The notes beneath the pieces are model-generated. The model worked only from the letters and a program-made list of their open reading frames with translations. It was not told where the DNA came from and did no database searches. Below are positions 35,602 to 45,106 of a stretch of DNA of 64,000 nt, one piece after another. Position 1 is the stretch's first letter; each line of letters begins with the position of its first letter. Source of the DNA: an uncultured delta proteobacterium (GTDB taxonomy: Bacteria > Myxococcota > Myxococcia > Myxococcales > Anaeromyxobacteraceae); assembly GCA_963828255.1 (NCBI GenBank), contig CAWHDZ010000021.1, positions 96,001-160,000 of the forward strand, written 5' to 3'. Position numbers and translations under genes: made by a program.

Positions 35602-36255
35602 ATGAAGAGGATCATCGGTGCAATGGCGTTGGCGGCGGGGATCTCGCTCGCGTGCCCGGCGGAGGCCCAGGTCTCCATCGACCTCAAGGTGGGATACGAG
35701 ATCCCGACGGGTGACTCCACCTCGCTCGGGGGCATTACAGAATACTTCGGACCGATGAACCACATCTGGTCCGGGGCGATCCCGATCGGGGTGGCGGGGC
35801 GCTACCGCTTCTCCCCCTCCTTCTCCGCCGGCGTTTACTTCCAGTACAACCCGGCCTTCGTCGCCTCGTTTTCCTGCTCGACCGGGTTGACGTGCTCCGG
35901 ATACAACATGCGGATCGGAGTCGAGGCCGTGTACGGGTTTCTTCCCGAGCGCTTCCTGAACCCCTGGGTGAGCCTTGGCACGGGCTGGCAGTGGACCCAC
36001 GCGTCGATCTCGGATGGCGTCCAGTCGAACGCCTTCACGTTGAGCGGCTGGGAGTACTTCAATGTCCAGGTCGGGCTCGACTTCAACCTGTCGAAGATGT
36101 TCGCCGTCGGCCCGTACGTCGGGTACTTCGGCGGGCAGTACACGAGCAAGACGGCCGACATCTCCGGCGTCAACGAGAGTGGGTCCATCGACTCCGAGTT
36201 CCGGGCCTTCCACGGCTGGATCCAGTTCGGGGCCAAGGGAACCGTGAACCTGTAG
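35602..36255 (+). CDS. Outer-membrane beta-barrel protein (paralog 1)
   Basis: Signal peptide; amphipathic aromatic-rich beta strands; ends FHGWIQFGAKGTVNL. Confidence 0.8.
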   Translation: MKRIIGAMALAAGISLACPAEAQVSIDLKVGYEIPTGDSTSLGGITEYFGPMNHIWSGAIPIGVAGRYRFSPSFSAGVYFQYNPAFVASFSCSTGLTCSGYNMRIGVEAVYGFLPERFLNPWVSLGTGWQWTHASISDGVQSNAFTLSGWEYFNVQVGLDFNLSKMFAVGPYVGYFGGQYTSKTADISGVNESGSIDSEFRAFHGWIQFGAKGTVNL

Positions 36256-36332
36256 CCCACCAGATTTCTGGATAGCGGCGCGATTCCTGGCACGCTGTCG
36301 GGATTCGGATCGGATTCGACCGGGAGATCGAC

Positions 36333-36998
36333 ATGAAGATGACGGTGCGCGCGGTGGCGGCTGCGTTGGGGCTGGCTCTCGCTCCCTCGGCCATGGCCCA
36401 GGTGGCGCTGGATCTCAAGCTGGGGTACGGGATTCCGATGGGGACCGTCTGGGCGGCGAGCCCGTGGAATCCCTCCTGGCCGATGTCGAGGGCCTGGACC
36501 GGATCGATCCCCATCGAGGTCGGCGCGCGCTACCGCATCACGCCGGCCATCTCGCTGGGCGCCTACTTCGGGTGGGGGCCGGCGTTCGTGACGTCGACCG
36601 GTTTCGACTCCATCGCCGGCAGCTCGGGAAGCGACATGCGGCTGGGGATCCAGCTCGCCTACACCTTCAGCGCCGACCGGGCGATGAGCCCGTGGTTCAG
36701 CATCGGCACGGGCTGGGCGTGGACCGGCTACTCGGGGACGAAGGGCGGGCAGAGCGCGTCGATCACCTTGAACGGCTGGGAGTACCTGAACCTCCAGACC
36801 GGCCTCGACTTCAACGTGGCGAAGGCCTTCGCGGTCGGACCGTACATCGGGTTCCTGGCCGGGGCCTACTCGAGCATCGTCGCCTCCGGGGCGTCCAATA
36901 CCGGCCCGGGCGAAAACTGGGGCGGCTCCATCGACCCGGCCGCCCGCTCCTTCCACGGCTGGTTCCAGTTCGGCGTGAAGGGGACGCTGAACCTGTAA
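36333..36998 (+). CDS. Outer-membrane beta-barrel protein (paralog 2)
   Basis: Signal peptide; shares DLK.GY.IP.G, GWEY.N.Q.GLDFN, AVGPY.G, FHGW.QFG.KGT.NL with paralog 1. Confidence 0.8.
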   Translation: MKMTVRAVAAALGLALAPSAMAQVALDLKLGYGIPMGTVWAASPWNPSWPMSRAWTGSIPIEVGARYRITPAISLGAYFGWGPAFVTSTGFDSIAGSSGSDMRLGIQLAYTFSADRAMSPWFSIGTGWAWTGYSGTKGGQSASITLNGWEYLNLQTGLDFNVAKAFAVGPYIGFLAGAYSSIVASGASNTGPGENWGGSIDPAARSFHGWFQFGVKGTLNL

Positions 36999-37005
36999 CC
37001 CGTCC

Positions 37006-38277
37006 CTACTGGCCGGGCCCGCGGAAGAACTTGAAGCCTCCACCGCCGGTGGAGACGTGGAAGCCGAAGGTGAAGCGGATGTCGCCGCGGGCGTCGGCCA
37101 GGCCGGGGGGCGGGTTCACGAAGGGCTGCGCCTTCTCGAAGGCGTCGATGGCGGTCTGGTCGAGGAAGTCGAGGCCGCTCGACCGGGCCACCTTGATCTC
37201 GGTGATCGTCCCCTGCGGGTTGAGCGTCACCGACAGCACCGTGGTCCGGTCCTTGTTGAAGTAGACGTTCCCGGTCGGATCCCTGACCCGGGCCGCGTCC
37301 ATCGGGTTCCATACCTCGGCCACGTTCTGCTTCACCCGGTTGAAGAAGCCCGCGAACTTCCACTCGCGCGTGTTGAGGAAGGTGGCGTCTCCGACGTCCA
37401 CCCCCTCGACGTGGTCGGGAGCCGGGGCGGCGGTGAGCTTGTCGTAGAACGCCGACGAAGGCGTGAGGATGGGCTTTCCGCCCGAGGCGCCGGGCCGGGC
37501 CGCGCCCTCGCCCCCGTCCCCGCCCTCGCCCAGCTCCTCGAGCGGGGTCTTCTTGCGGTCGGCGCCCGGGGCGATGGGGGGCTGCTTCGCCTCGATGCGC
37601 CCGTCGGGCGAAGTCGCCATGGCGAGCTTGTCCGGGGCCGGCTTCGGCGCCGCATCCGGCATCTTGCCTGGCGCGCCCGCCTTCCGCGTGTCCCCACCGG
37701 CCGCGCCCGCGGCCGCATCCCGGGAGGCCTGCTCCGCCTGCGCTCCGGGCGACTGCTCCTTCACCCTGTTCTGGGTGGGTGTCGGCGCGGCCTTCTCGTA
37801 GTCGAGCTTGCGGAAGCGGGAGATGGTCTCCTTCTCGACGGTGTTGCTGCTCTCGGCGAGGAAGCGGGTGTCCTTGGGCGGCTTGTCGGTGTTCGTGGGC
37901 GCCACGTCCACCACCTGCCCCGGCAGCTGCGGCGGCGGGGGGGGCTGCGGGGCCTGCGCCTGGCCAGGCGGCGGAACCGGGGTCGGGCGTGGCACGGGAG
38001 CGGGGCGCGGCGCCGGAGCGGGGGCCTGGGCGGGTGGAGGGGGGCGGCTCCCGTCGGTGATCTGCCGGTTGGCCGACCAGGTGTCCTGGGAGAGGGGCGC
38101 CATGGCCACCGAGCGCGGCCCCTCGGCAGCCATCGACTTCAGCTTGGTCCAGTCGGCCTCGACCATCCAGAGGACGAGGGCGTTCAGGAGGAGGGACGCC
38201 GCGACGCCGGCCAGCAGTCGCCAGCCGGTCCAGGAGCGGTAGCGCCGACGGCGCAGGCTGGGGCCGAGGTGGTTCAT
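37006..38277 (-). CDS. TonB/TolA-family energy transducer
   Basis: N-terminal TM (SLLLNAL), Pro-rich linker, C-terminal SSG..FLD..A..AF..AQPF.NPP domain. Confidence 0.85.
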   Translation of the reverse strand: MNHLGPSLRRRRYRSWTGWRLLAGVAASLLLNALVLWMVEADWTKLKSMAAEGPRSVAMAPLSQDTWSANRQITDGSRPPPPAQAPAPAPRPAPVPRPTPVPPPGQAQAPQPPPPPQLPGQVVDVAPTNTDKPPKDTRFLAESSNTVEKETISRFRKLDYEKAAPTPTQNRVKEQSPGAQAEQASRDAAAGAAGGDTRKAGAPGKMPDAAPKPAPDKLAMATSPDGRIEAKQPPIAPGADRKKTPLEELGEGGDGGEGAARPGASGGKPILTPSSAFYDKLTAAPAPDHVEGVDVGDATFLNTREWKFAGFFNRVKQNVAEVWNPMDAARVRDPTGNVYFNKDRTTVLSVTLNPQGTITEIKVARSSGLDFLDQTAIDAFEKAQPFVNPPPGLADARGDIRFTFGFHVSTGGGGFKFFRGPGQ

Positions 38278-38385
38278 CTCCGGAGGGGGAATCTATAACA
38301 GACGCCCCCGGGGTGGGGCTCGCCGGTTCCTACGGAATTCTCAACCGTTGACCCTCCGCCGACGCGGGGACAAGATCCCGCGTCC

Positions 38386-40230
38386 GTGCCCACCAAACCC
38401 TCTCCTCCCGCATCCTCCCTCCCGGGCAGGCCGCGCCACGTCCGGCGCGCGGTCGTGGGGGCGCTGGCGGCCTCGGTGGTCGTCGCCGCCTGGGCGGGGG
38501 TGCTCGCATGGGGCAACTCTCCCACCGGCCGCGCCCTCATCCGGGAGCGGGCCGGGAGGGCGCTCGAGAGGCGTCTCGGGCCGGTGGAGATCGGGGATGC
38601 CGGCCTCGACCTCCTGCTCCGCGCACGGCTCGCCCCCGTGACCGTGCTGGGGCGGGGCCCCGGCGGACCGGTCCTGAGGGCCGACAGGGTGGTGGTCCGT
38701 CCCCGCCTTGGGGCCCTCCTCTCGGGCAGGGTCGAGCCCGCGGCGGTGGCGCTCCGCGGCGTGCGGGCCTGGCCGGGCCGTGAGGGGCGGGAGCTGGGGC
38801 CCTTCGACCTCTACGTCGAGCTCGACGGCCGCGACCCGGTGGCGCTCCGGGTGGCGCTCCCGGGTGGCGGGCACCTCGACGCGACCGCGCGGCGAGGCTT
38901 GGACGGCTTCGCGTTCCAGCTCGAGGGCGCGGTCACGCTGCCCGACGACCTCCCGGCCGTGGCGGGCGGGCCGGCCTCCGCGCCGGCCTCCGGGCTGCTC
39001 ACCGTCCGGGGATCGGGCCGGGCAGCGCCGGACGGCGGCCGCGCCGAGGCGGACGTCGTCCTCCGCGCCACCGACCTGACCTTCCACGGAACACGGGTCG
39101 GCCCCTCGCCGATCGGCCCCCTGTTCCTGGGCGCATCGGGGCGGGTCGCCTGGAACGGCCCCTCGAGGCGTCTCGTCGTCGAGGGGGGACAGGTCACCCT
39201 GGGTGAATCCGGCGAGGTCGCCGCGTCGGTGGAGGGGGAGCTCCTGCTCGGAGGCGACCCCCGCTTCACCGTCTCCGCGCGGGCCACCGCCGTCCCCTGG
39301 CGCGCCCTCGTGGAGGCGCTCCCCCCCGACCTCGGTCCTCCCGCGACCGCACCCCGGATCTCCGGGAACCTCTCCGCCCAGGCCTCGGTGGCCGGCCCGC
39401 TCTCCCGCCGCGGCGACTGGGCCGTCGAGGTCGAGCTCGACCTCGACGATCTGCGCCGGGCCGCGCGGACCGCCCCTCCCTCCTGGCTCGCCTCCGGGTT
39501 CGAGTGGACGCCCATCGACCCCGGTCCGGGCGAGCGCCAGCGCCGCATCGCGGTGGGACCGGGCAACCCCGCCTTCGTCCCCTACCCGGAGATCCCACAG
39601 GTGCTGGTGCGGGCCGTCACCGCCAGCGAGGACGGCGGCTTCTTCGGCCACCGCGGCTTCGACTTCCGCGAGATCGCGAACGCCGTCACCGATCGGAGCC
39701 GCGTCCGGGGCGCATCGACGATCTCCCAGCAGCTCGCGAAGAACCTGTTCCTGTCGCCGGAGCGGACGCTCGCGCGCAAGGTGCGCGAGGCGCTCGGGAC
39801 CATCGCCCTCGAGGCCAGCCTCTCGAAGGGGCGGCTCATCGAGATCTACCTGAACATCGCCGAGTGGGGACCGGAGGTCTACGGCGTCGGGGAGGCGGCC
39901 CGGTTCTGGTTCGGGAAGGACGCCCGCGCGCTCACCGCACGGGAGTCGGCCTTCCTGGCCACGGTGGTCCCGAGCCCGCGAAGGTTCCACGCGCGGCTCC
40001 ACCGCTCCGGGATCACGCCCGGGTGGAACGCCCGCATCGACGACGTGCTCACCAAGATGCGGGCGCAGAACCAGCTGACCGACGAAGAACTGGCGGTGGC
40101 GCTGGCGGAGCCGCTCGACCCGCTCGTCCGCGAGCACCACGCCGGCCCCGCCGGCGTGGAAGGGGGCGAACCCGAACCTCCCGAGATGGACGAGGAGCAG
40201 GGATCCGGCGCGCCCTACTTGTCGCGGTAG
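38386..40230 (+). CDS. Monofunctional peptidoglycan transglycosylase (GT51) with long N-terminal extension
   Basis: [44 protein letters not shown]-terminal TM. Confidence 0.85.
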   Translation: MPTKPSPPASSLPGRPRHVRRAVVGALAASVVVAAWAGVLAWGNSPTGRALIRERAGRALERRLGPVEIGDAGLDLLLRARLAPVTVLGRGPGGPVLRADRVVVRPRLGALLSGRVEPAAVALRGVRAWPGREGRELGPFDLYVELDGRDPVALRVALPGGGHLDATARRGLDGFAFQLEGAVTLPDDLPAVAGGPASAPASGLLTVRGSGRAAPDGGRAEADVVLRATDLTFHGTRVGPSPIGPLFLGASGRVAWNGPSRRLVVEGGQVTLGESGEVAASVEGELLLGGDPRFTVSARATAVPWRALVEALPPDLGPPATAPRISGNLSAQASVAGPLSRRGDWAVEVELDLDDLRRAARTAPPSWLASGFEWTPIDPGPGERQRRIAVGPGNPAFVPYPEIPQVLVRAVTASEDGGFFGHRGFDFREIANAVTDRSRVRGASTISQQLAKNLFLSPERTLARKVREALGTIALEASLSKGRLIEIYLNIAEWGPEVYGVGEAARFWFGKDARALTARESAFLATVVPSPRRFHARLHRSGITPGWNARIDDVLTKMRAQNQLTDEELAVALAEPLDPLVREHHAGPAGVEGGEPEPPEMDEEQGSGAPYLSR

Positions 40231-40436
40231 GTGATGCGGCCGCGCGTGAGGTCGTACGGGCTCAGCTCCAGCTTGACGCGGTCGCCGGGGATGATGCGGA
40301 TGTGGAACTTCTTCATCTTGCCGGACGCGTAGGCAAGCACCACGGGGCCGCTGTCGATCTTGACGCGATACATGCCTCCGGCGAGGGCTTCCTCGACGGA
40401 GCCCTGAACTTCGATTCCTGCTTCCTTTTCGCTCAA
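40215..40436 (-). CDS. infA: Translation initiation factor IF-1
   Basis: [40 protein letters not shown] start after GGAG. Confidence 0.94.
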   Translation of the reverse strand: MSEKEAGIEVQGSVEEALAGGMYRVKIDSGPVVLAYASGKMKKFHIRIIPGDRVKLELSPYDLTRGRITYRDK

Positions 40437-40601
40437 TCGCTCTCCTGGTTTCGCAGCCTTATAGCCCGGATGCGCCTGAACCACCCCGGAATTCCGAGGC
40501 CGCTCGAAGGCGGGGGCCCCGGGCGACTTGCCCGGATTCCGGGCGGAATATCCCCAATGAACGGGGGCGCGTCAAGCGCGGGCATCGCGGAGAGCGGGCG
40601 C

Positions 40602-40988
40602 TCAGGAGCCGGAGGAGGCGAACTGGGCCAGGAGCAGCCCGGCCAGGCCGGCCACCCAGGCCCCGAGGACGGTGGCCGCGACGTAGGCCGAGGCGAGCCC
40701 CCACTGTCCCCGCTGGGCCAGCGCCAGGGTCTCGTGGTTGAACGAGGAGTAGGTGGTGAAGCCGCCCAGCACTCCCACCGCGAGGAAGATCCGGACGTCA
40801 GGACCGATCGTCCCGACCTCCAGCCCCAGGTACATGACGGCCGAGATGAAAAAGGAGCCCGAGAGGTTCACCGCCAGCGTCCCCCACGGGAACCCCTGAC
40901 CCACGGCGGCGACCGCCCAGCTTCCCACGAGGTAGCGTGCGCCGCTTCCGATGGCGCCACCGGCGCAGACGAGCAGGAGCTTCGACAT
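40602..40988 (-). CDS. crcB: Fluoride efflux channel CrcB/FluC
   Basis: GGAIGSGARY, PWGTLAVN..GSF, GVLGGFTTYSSF..E. Confidence 0.95.
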   Translation of the reverse strand: MSKLLLVCAGGAIGSGARYLVGSWAVAAVGQGFPWGTLAVNLSGSFFISAVMYLGLEVGTIGPDVRIFLAVGVLGGFTTYSSFNHETLALAQRGQWGLASAYVAATVLGAWVAGLAGLLLAQFASSGS

Positions 40989-41024
40989 GGGCGGCGCGAA
41001 GTCTAGGCTCCCTGGCCGGCGCCC

Positions 41025-41471
41025 TCAAGGCCCCATCGCGCGGAGGAGCGCCCCGGCGCGCCTCGCCACCTCGTCGCCGCCGGCCTGGAGGTCGGAAAGG
41101 TCACCCCGGGCCGCCTCGCGCCTCCCCGTCCCTCCCGTGCCCGCATCGGCGGGAACCGCCAGGAGCGCCTCCGCCCGGGCCAGCCGGACCTGCCGGTCCC
41201 CCGGCGAGAGCCGGGCCGCCGCCTCGGCGCAGAGCAGCGCGGTGTAGGGCTCCCCGCGCCGCCGCTCCACCTGCGAAAGCAGCGCCCAGGCCAGCGCGTC
41301 GCGCGGGTTGGTCACCACGAGCCCCTCCAGGATGGCGCGGGCCACGGCGAGGTCGCCGCTGGCGGCCTCCCTCGCCGCCAGCGAGGCCACCGCGGCGCCC
41401 ATCTCCGCGGTGAAGCCCTGGATCTCCGCGAGGGTGCGCCCCGCCTTCAGCTCCTGTGCGGTCGGGATCAC
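41025..41471 (-). CDS. TPR protein resembling SycD/LcrH/CesD class II T3SS chaperones
   Basis: 148 aa; G.TLAEIQGFT leader then TPR helices (GDLAVARAILEGLVVTNPRD..AWALL, AA.LSP.D..V.L.RAEALL); GGAGG RBS, 9 nt after the upstream stop. Confidence 0.65.
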   Translation of the reverse strand: MIPTAQELKAGRTLAEIQGFTAEMGAAVASLAAREAASGDLAVARAILEGLVVTNPRDALAWALLSQVERRRGEPYTALLCAEAAARLSPGDRQVRLARAEALLAVPADAGTGGTGRREAARGDLSDLQAGGDEVARRAGALLRAMGP

Positions 41472-41480
41472 GTTCGCCTC

Positions 41481-42401
41481 CTACCGGACGTTCTGGATGG
41501 CCACCATGGTGGTGTCGTGCATGCTCTTCAGGAGGTTCGAGACCAGCGTGAACATCTGGTTCTGCTTCTCGACCAGCCGCTGGATCTCGAGCATCTCGAG
41601 CCGCTCGTCGGGCGAACCGGCTTCCCCCTTCTTGGCCGGGGTGGTCGCCTTGGGCGTCGAGGTGGTGGTGGGCTTCGACGTGGTTCCGGTCGTGGTCTTG
41701 GTCGGCGTCGCCTTCGCCTTGTCGCCCGTGAGCACGCCGGCCAGGGCGCCGCCCAGGCTCTCCCCGAACTTGAGCGCCGCGGGGGCCAGCACGGGAAGGC
41801 CGACGGCCGTCGCCAGCGCGGCCAGCAGCGGGCCCCCCAGCGACTTGAGCGCGCCGCCGAGCAGGTCCTCGAGCCCCCCTATCAGCTTGTCGAAGATGCC
41901 GCCCGACGGGAAGATGGCGCGGAGGATGCTCCCCAGGAAGCCCCCGCCCTGGTTCTCCTTCGTCTCCGTGCCCCCCTCGCCGTACTTCGCCTTGTAGTCG
42001 TTCATCTTGTCGGTCAGCTGGTCGCCGAGCTTCTTCTGCACCGCGATCATGAAGCGGGAGAGCTTCTCCTCGACGCTGAGCGACGGGTCGGAGAGGAAGG
42101 CCCAGTCTCCGGTGGCCTTCACCCCGGACGACGCCGCGCCCGCGACCAGGGCCCCGGCGTAGCCCGCCCCGGATCCCTTCCCGGCGGCCGCGGGCGCCAC
42201 CAGCCAGGGGGTGGGCGCCGTGGCCCCGACACCCTCGGTGAACCAGGGGAGGAGCGCGGCCACGCCCACCGGCGGCCCCTCCAGGGAGACGGCAGGGCTC
42301 CCCGGCGAGCGGATGGCGGCGGGCGAGCGGTCCGATGCAGCCGGATCGTCGGGCGGGACGGTGATGCGCGGAGCGACGGGAGCGGCCTGCGTGGGCGCCA
42401 T
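41481..42401 (-). CDS. Hypothetical protein with a T3SS needle/filament-like C-terminal helix and a hydrophobic central segment
   Basis: GAGGAGG RBS; no Sec signal; Pro/Ala-rich N-terminus; ends IQRLVEKQNQMFTLVSNLLKSMHDTTMVAIQNVR. Confidence 0.65.
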   Translation of the reverse strand: MAPTQAAPVAPRITVPPDDPAASDRSPAAIRSPGSPAVSLEGPPVGVAALLPWFTEGVGATAPTPWLVAPAAAGKGSGAGYAGALVAGAASSGVKATGDWAFLSDPSLSVEEKLSRFMIAVQKKLGDQLTDKMNDYKAKYGEGGTETKENQGGGFLGSILRAIFPSGGIFDKLIGGLEDLLGGALKSLGGPLLAALATAVGLPVLAPAALKFGESLGGALAGVLTGDKAKATPTKTTTGTTSKPTTTSTPKATTPAKKGEAGSPDERLEMLEIQRLVEKQNQMFTLVSNLLKSMHDTTMVAIQNVR

Positions 42402-42446
42402 GTGTGGACCTCCTCATCCGGGGTGGAACCTGCGGAGCCTCCCCTC

Positions 42447-42462
42447 GCACCCGCCGTGCCGC
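42447..42462 (-). promoter_or_regulatory. Candidate sigma54 (-24/-12) promoter
   Basis: GCGGCACGGCGGGTGC on the minus strand: GG-N10-GC with a GGCACG core. Confidence 0.55.
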
Positions 42463-42539
42463 GCCCCCTGGCGCGCATTCCCCCGCCGTTCCGCCCCCGC
42501 GTGGTCGCATCCGCGCACACACGGCCGAGGCGCGGACGA

Positions 42540-42577
42540 TTGACCCCACGCCGGCGCGCTCCTACATTCCCCCCGTG
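42540..42577 (+). promoter_or_regulatory. Sigma70 promoter with leaderless geometry for ruvX-mltG
   Basis: TTGACC-17-TACATT-6 nt-GTG, no SD. Confidence 0.65.
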
Positions 42578-42988
42578 CGCTACCTCGGAATCGACCTGGG
42601 ACGGGCCCGGATCGGGCTCGCCCTCGCCGACGACATCCTCCGCGCGGCCCGGCCGCTCAGGGCCGTCGAGCGGCGCGACGAGACCGCCGACCTGGGCGTC
42701 ATCGGCGCCGTGGCCGGGGAGTACGAGGTGACCCGGGCCGTGGTGGGGCTGCCCCTCAACATGGACGGGACCGAGGGCGCCTCGGCCCGCATGGCCCGGT
42801 CCTTCGCTCCCCGCCTGGCGGCCGCGCTGGGCGTCCCCGTGGACCTCTTCGACGAGCGGCTCTCCACCTTCGAGGCCGAGGATCGGCTGCGCGCGCGCGG
42901 GGTCTCCGCCCGGGACATGAAGGCGCTCGTGGACGCCGAGGCCGCGGCGGTGATCCTCCAGGGCTGGCTCGACGAGAGGCCGGCGTGA
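42575..42988 (+). CDS. ruvX: Holliday junction resolvase-like YqgF/RuvX
   Basis: YLGIDLG..RIGLALAD, VVGLPLNMDG, DERLST, VD..AA..ILQ. Confidence 0.93.
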   Translation: MRYLGIDLGRARIGLALADDILRAARPLRAVERRDETADLGVIGAVAGEYEVTRAVVGLPLNMDGTEGASARMARSFAPRLAAALGVPVDLFDERLSTFEAEDRLRARGVSARDMKALVDAEAAAVILQGWLDERPA

Positions 42989-44109
42989 AGGTCGTCCGGC
43001 TCCTCGGCCTCCTGGTCTTCCTGGCCGTGGCCGCCGGAGGCGCCTTCGTCTGGACCACCTGGCGGGAACTGCGCGCCTTCCGCGACACCCCCTTCGGGAG
43101 CGGCTCCGAGAAGATCGTCGAGATCGACCCGGGCACCAGCGCCCACGGCGTCATCCGGCGGCTGGCCGAGTCCGGCGTCCTCTCCGACGAGGAGACCGCC
43201 TGGCGCTACATGCGGATGTGGAAGCGGGACAAGCGGATGCTCAAGGCCGGCGAGTACGCCTTCAGCGGCCCGCTCCTCCCCGACGACGTGCTCGAGCGCA
43301 TCTACAAGGGCGAGGTGAAGAGCTGGAAGTTCACCGTTCCGGAGGGGCTGCGCGCCGACGAGATCGCGCCGATCATCGAGAGGGCGTCGCTGGGGCGATC
43401 GGCGGAACTGCTCGCCCTCATGCGCGACCCCGACGTCGCTCGGGATCTCGAGCTGCCCTTCCCCTCGATGGAGGGCTTCCTCTTTCCCGACACCTACGCC
43501 TTTCCACGGAGCGTGAAGCCCGGGGACCTGCTCGCGGCCATGGTCGCCCGCTACCGCGAGGCCTGGAAGCGGGCCGATGCGCGGCGCCGCCCGGGCGTGA
43601 CCCTCGACGAGGGGCAGGCGGTGATCCTGGCCTCCATCATCGAGAAGGAGACCGGGAGGGGCGACGAGCGGCAGCGGATCTCCTGCGTCTTCCACAACCG
43701 GCTGGCCAGGGGGATGAAGCTCCAGACCGACCCCACCGTCATGTACGCCACCATGCTGCGCAAGGGCGGGCGCTGGTCGAACAACATCACCCGGAAGGAC
43801 CTCGCTACCCCGCACCCCTACAACACCTACGCCGTGGCCGGCCTGCCCCCGGGCCCCATCGCCAACCCGGGCGAGGCGGCGCTGGTCGCGGCCGTCTCCC
43901 CGTCCGACTGCAAGGACCTCTACTTCGTGTCGCGGAACGACGGCAGCCACGTCTTCTGCCCGGATCTCCGCTGCCACCAGGCCGCCGTGCGGGAGTGGCA
44001 GGTCGAGTTCTTCCGCGCCCGGAAGGCCGCGCGGGAGAGCGCGAAGGCCCCCGTGGAAACCCCCGCCCCCGCGGAGGCAACGGTCCCGGAGTCGCCGCCC
44101 CGCGGCTGA
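42985..44109 (+). CDS. mltG: Endolytic transglycosylase MltG
   Basis: T.PEG, EGFLFPDTY, LASIIEKET, LQTDPTV.Y, YNTY..GLPPGPI.NPG. Confidence 0.95.
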   Translation: MKVVRLLGLLVFLAVAAGGAFVWTTWRELRAFRDTPFGSGSEKIVEIDPGTSAHGVIRRLAESGVLSDEETAWRYMRMWKRDKRMLKAGEYAFSGPLLPDDVLERIYKGEVKSWKFTVPEGLRADEIAPIIERASLGRSAELLALMRDPDVARDLELPFPSMEGFLFPDTYAFPRSVKPGDLLAAMVARYREAWKRADARRRPGVTLDEGQAVILASIIEKETGRGDERQRISCVFHNRLARGMKLQTDPTVMYATMLRKGGRWSNNITRKDLATPHPYNTYAVAGLPPGPIANPGEAALVAAVSPSDCKDLYFVSRNDGSHVFCPDLRCHQAAVREWQVEFFRARKAARESAKAPVETPAPAEATVPESPPRG

Positions 44110-44115
44110 CCGCGT

Positions 44116-44985
44116 TCAGCAGACCGGGACGTCCGGCACCCGGGCGTCCACCCATGCCTTCACCGCCGTCGCACCCAGGATGAGTGCTCCCCCGCCGAGC
44201 GCCAGCGCGGACGGTTGCTCGCCGTGGGCGATCCAGGCCCAGACCGGGTTCAAGGCCGGCTCCACGAGCAGGAGGAGCGCCGCGTCGAGCGCGGGGAGCT
44301 TTCCCACCCCCGCGGTGAGGAAGACGTAGGCGAGCGCCACCTGGAACACACCCAGGTAGGCGAGCGCCGCCCAGTCGGCCGCCGGGATGAGGGCGGGCGA
44401 TCTCAGGAAGGGGAGGCAGAGGACCGCGGCGAAGACGTTGCCCATCACCGCCGCGGCCATGGGGGAGGTCCCGGCGTGGCTGGCCATCCAGCGCAGCCCC
44501 ATGATGGCGAAGGCCCAGGTGACCCCGGAGAGGAGTGCGAGCACGTTGCCGAGGAACGGGTCGGGCGAGGTGCGCCCCGCCGTCCCGGTCCCGATGAAGA
44601 CGAGGAGGAGGCCCACCGCCACCGGGACCATGATCCAGAGGTCGCTGCGGCTGGCTCGCTCCCGGAGCAGCCATGGGCCGGCCAGGAGCACGTAGAGCGG
44701 CGCGGTGGACTGCAGGAAGATGCTCGCGGCCGACGTCGTCAGCTTGTTGGCGGTGACGAAGAGGACGAGCGAGCCGGCGAAGGCCAGCCCCACGGCCGCC
44801 CCGCGCCAGGTGTAGCCCCGCCGCGCCGCGGGGATGAGGAGGACGAGCGCCAGCGCCGCGATGGCCGAGCGCACGCCCCCCACCTCGATCCCCGACAGCG
44901 TGGTCGCCTTGATGGCCGCGCCCCCGGTGGAGAAGAGCAGCGCGGCGACGACGATCTGCAGGCGGGCGCGGCGGAGGGGAAGCAC
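44116..44985 (-). CDS. EamA/DMT family transporter
   Basis: About 10 TM segments in two EamA repeats; LLVEP.LNPVW...GE.P. Confidence 0.88.
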   Translation of the reverse strand: MLPLRRARLQIVVAALLFSTGGAAIKATTLSGIEVGGVRSAIAALALVLLIPAARRGYTWRGAAVGLAFAGSLVLFVTANKLTTSAASIFLQSTAPLYVLLAGPWLLRERASRSDLWIMVPVAVGLLLVFIGTGTAGRTSPDPFLGNVLALLSGVTWAFAIMGLRWMASHAGTSPMAAAVMGNVFAAVLCLPFLRSPALIPAADWAALAYLGVFQVALAYVFLTAGVGKLPALDAALLLLVEPALNPVWAWIAHGEQPSALALGGGALILGATAVKAWVDARVPDVPVC

Positions 44986-45106
44986 GCGCGGAGAATCTCC
45001 CGGGAGCGCTCCGGCGGCAACCCGCTCGCCCCCGGTTCGCGCACCTTTCCCCAGAGACCCACCCTTCCATCCTCCCCTCGGCCGCTGCTATGTTGCGGCC
45101 GACCCG

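Noticed and set aside
36288..36303. TGGCACG as a sigma54 site before the second barrel gene
   Set aside because: No GC at the -12 position.
38298..38331. GGAACC...CGTCT ECF-type promoter before the TonB-like gene
   Set aside because: Spacer of about 20 bp is too long for ECF promoters.
40989..41024. Fluoride riboswitch upstream of crcB
   Set aside because: No GGCGATGG..CGCC-type core, and the predicted leader is only a few nucleotides.
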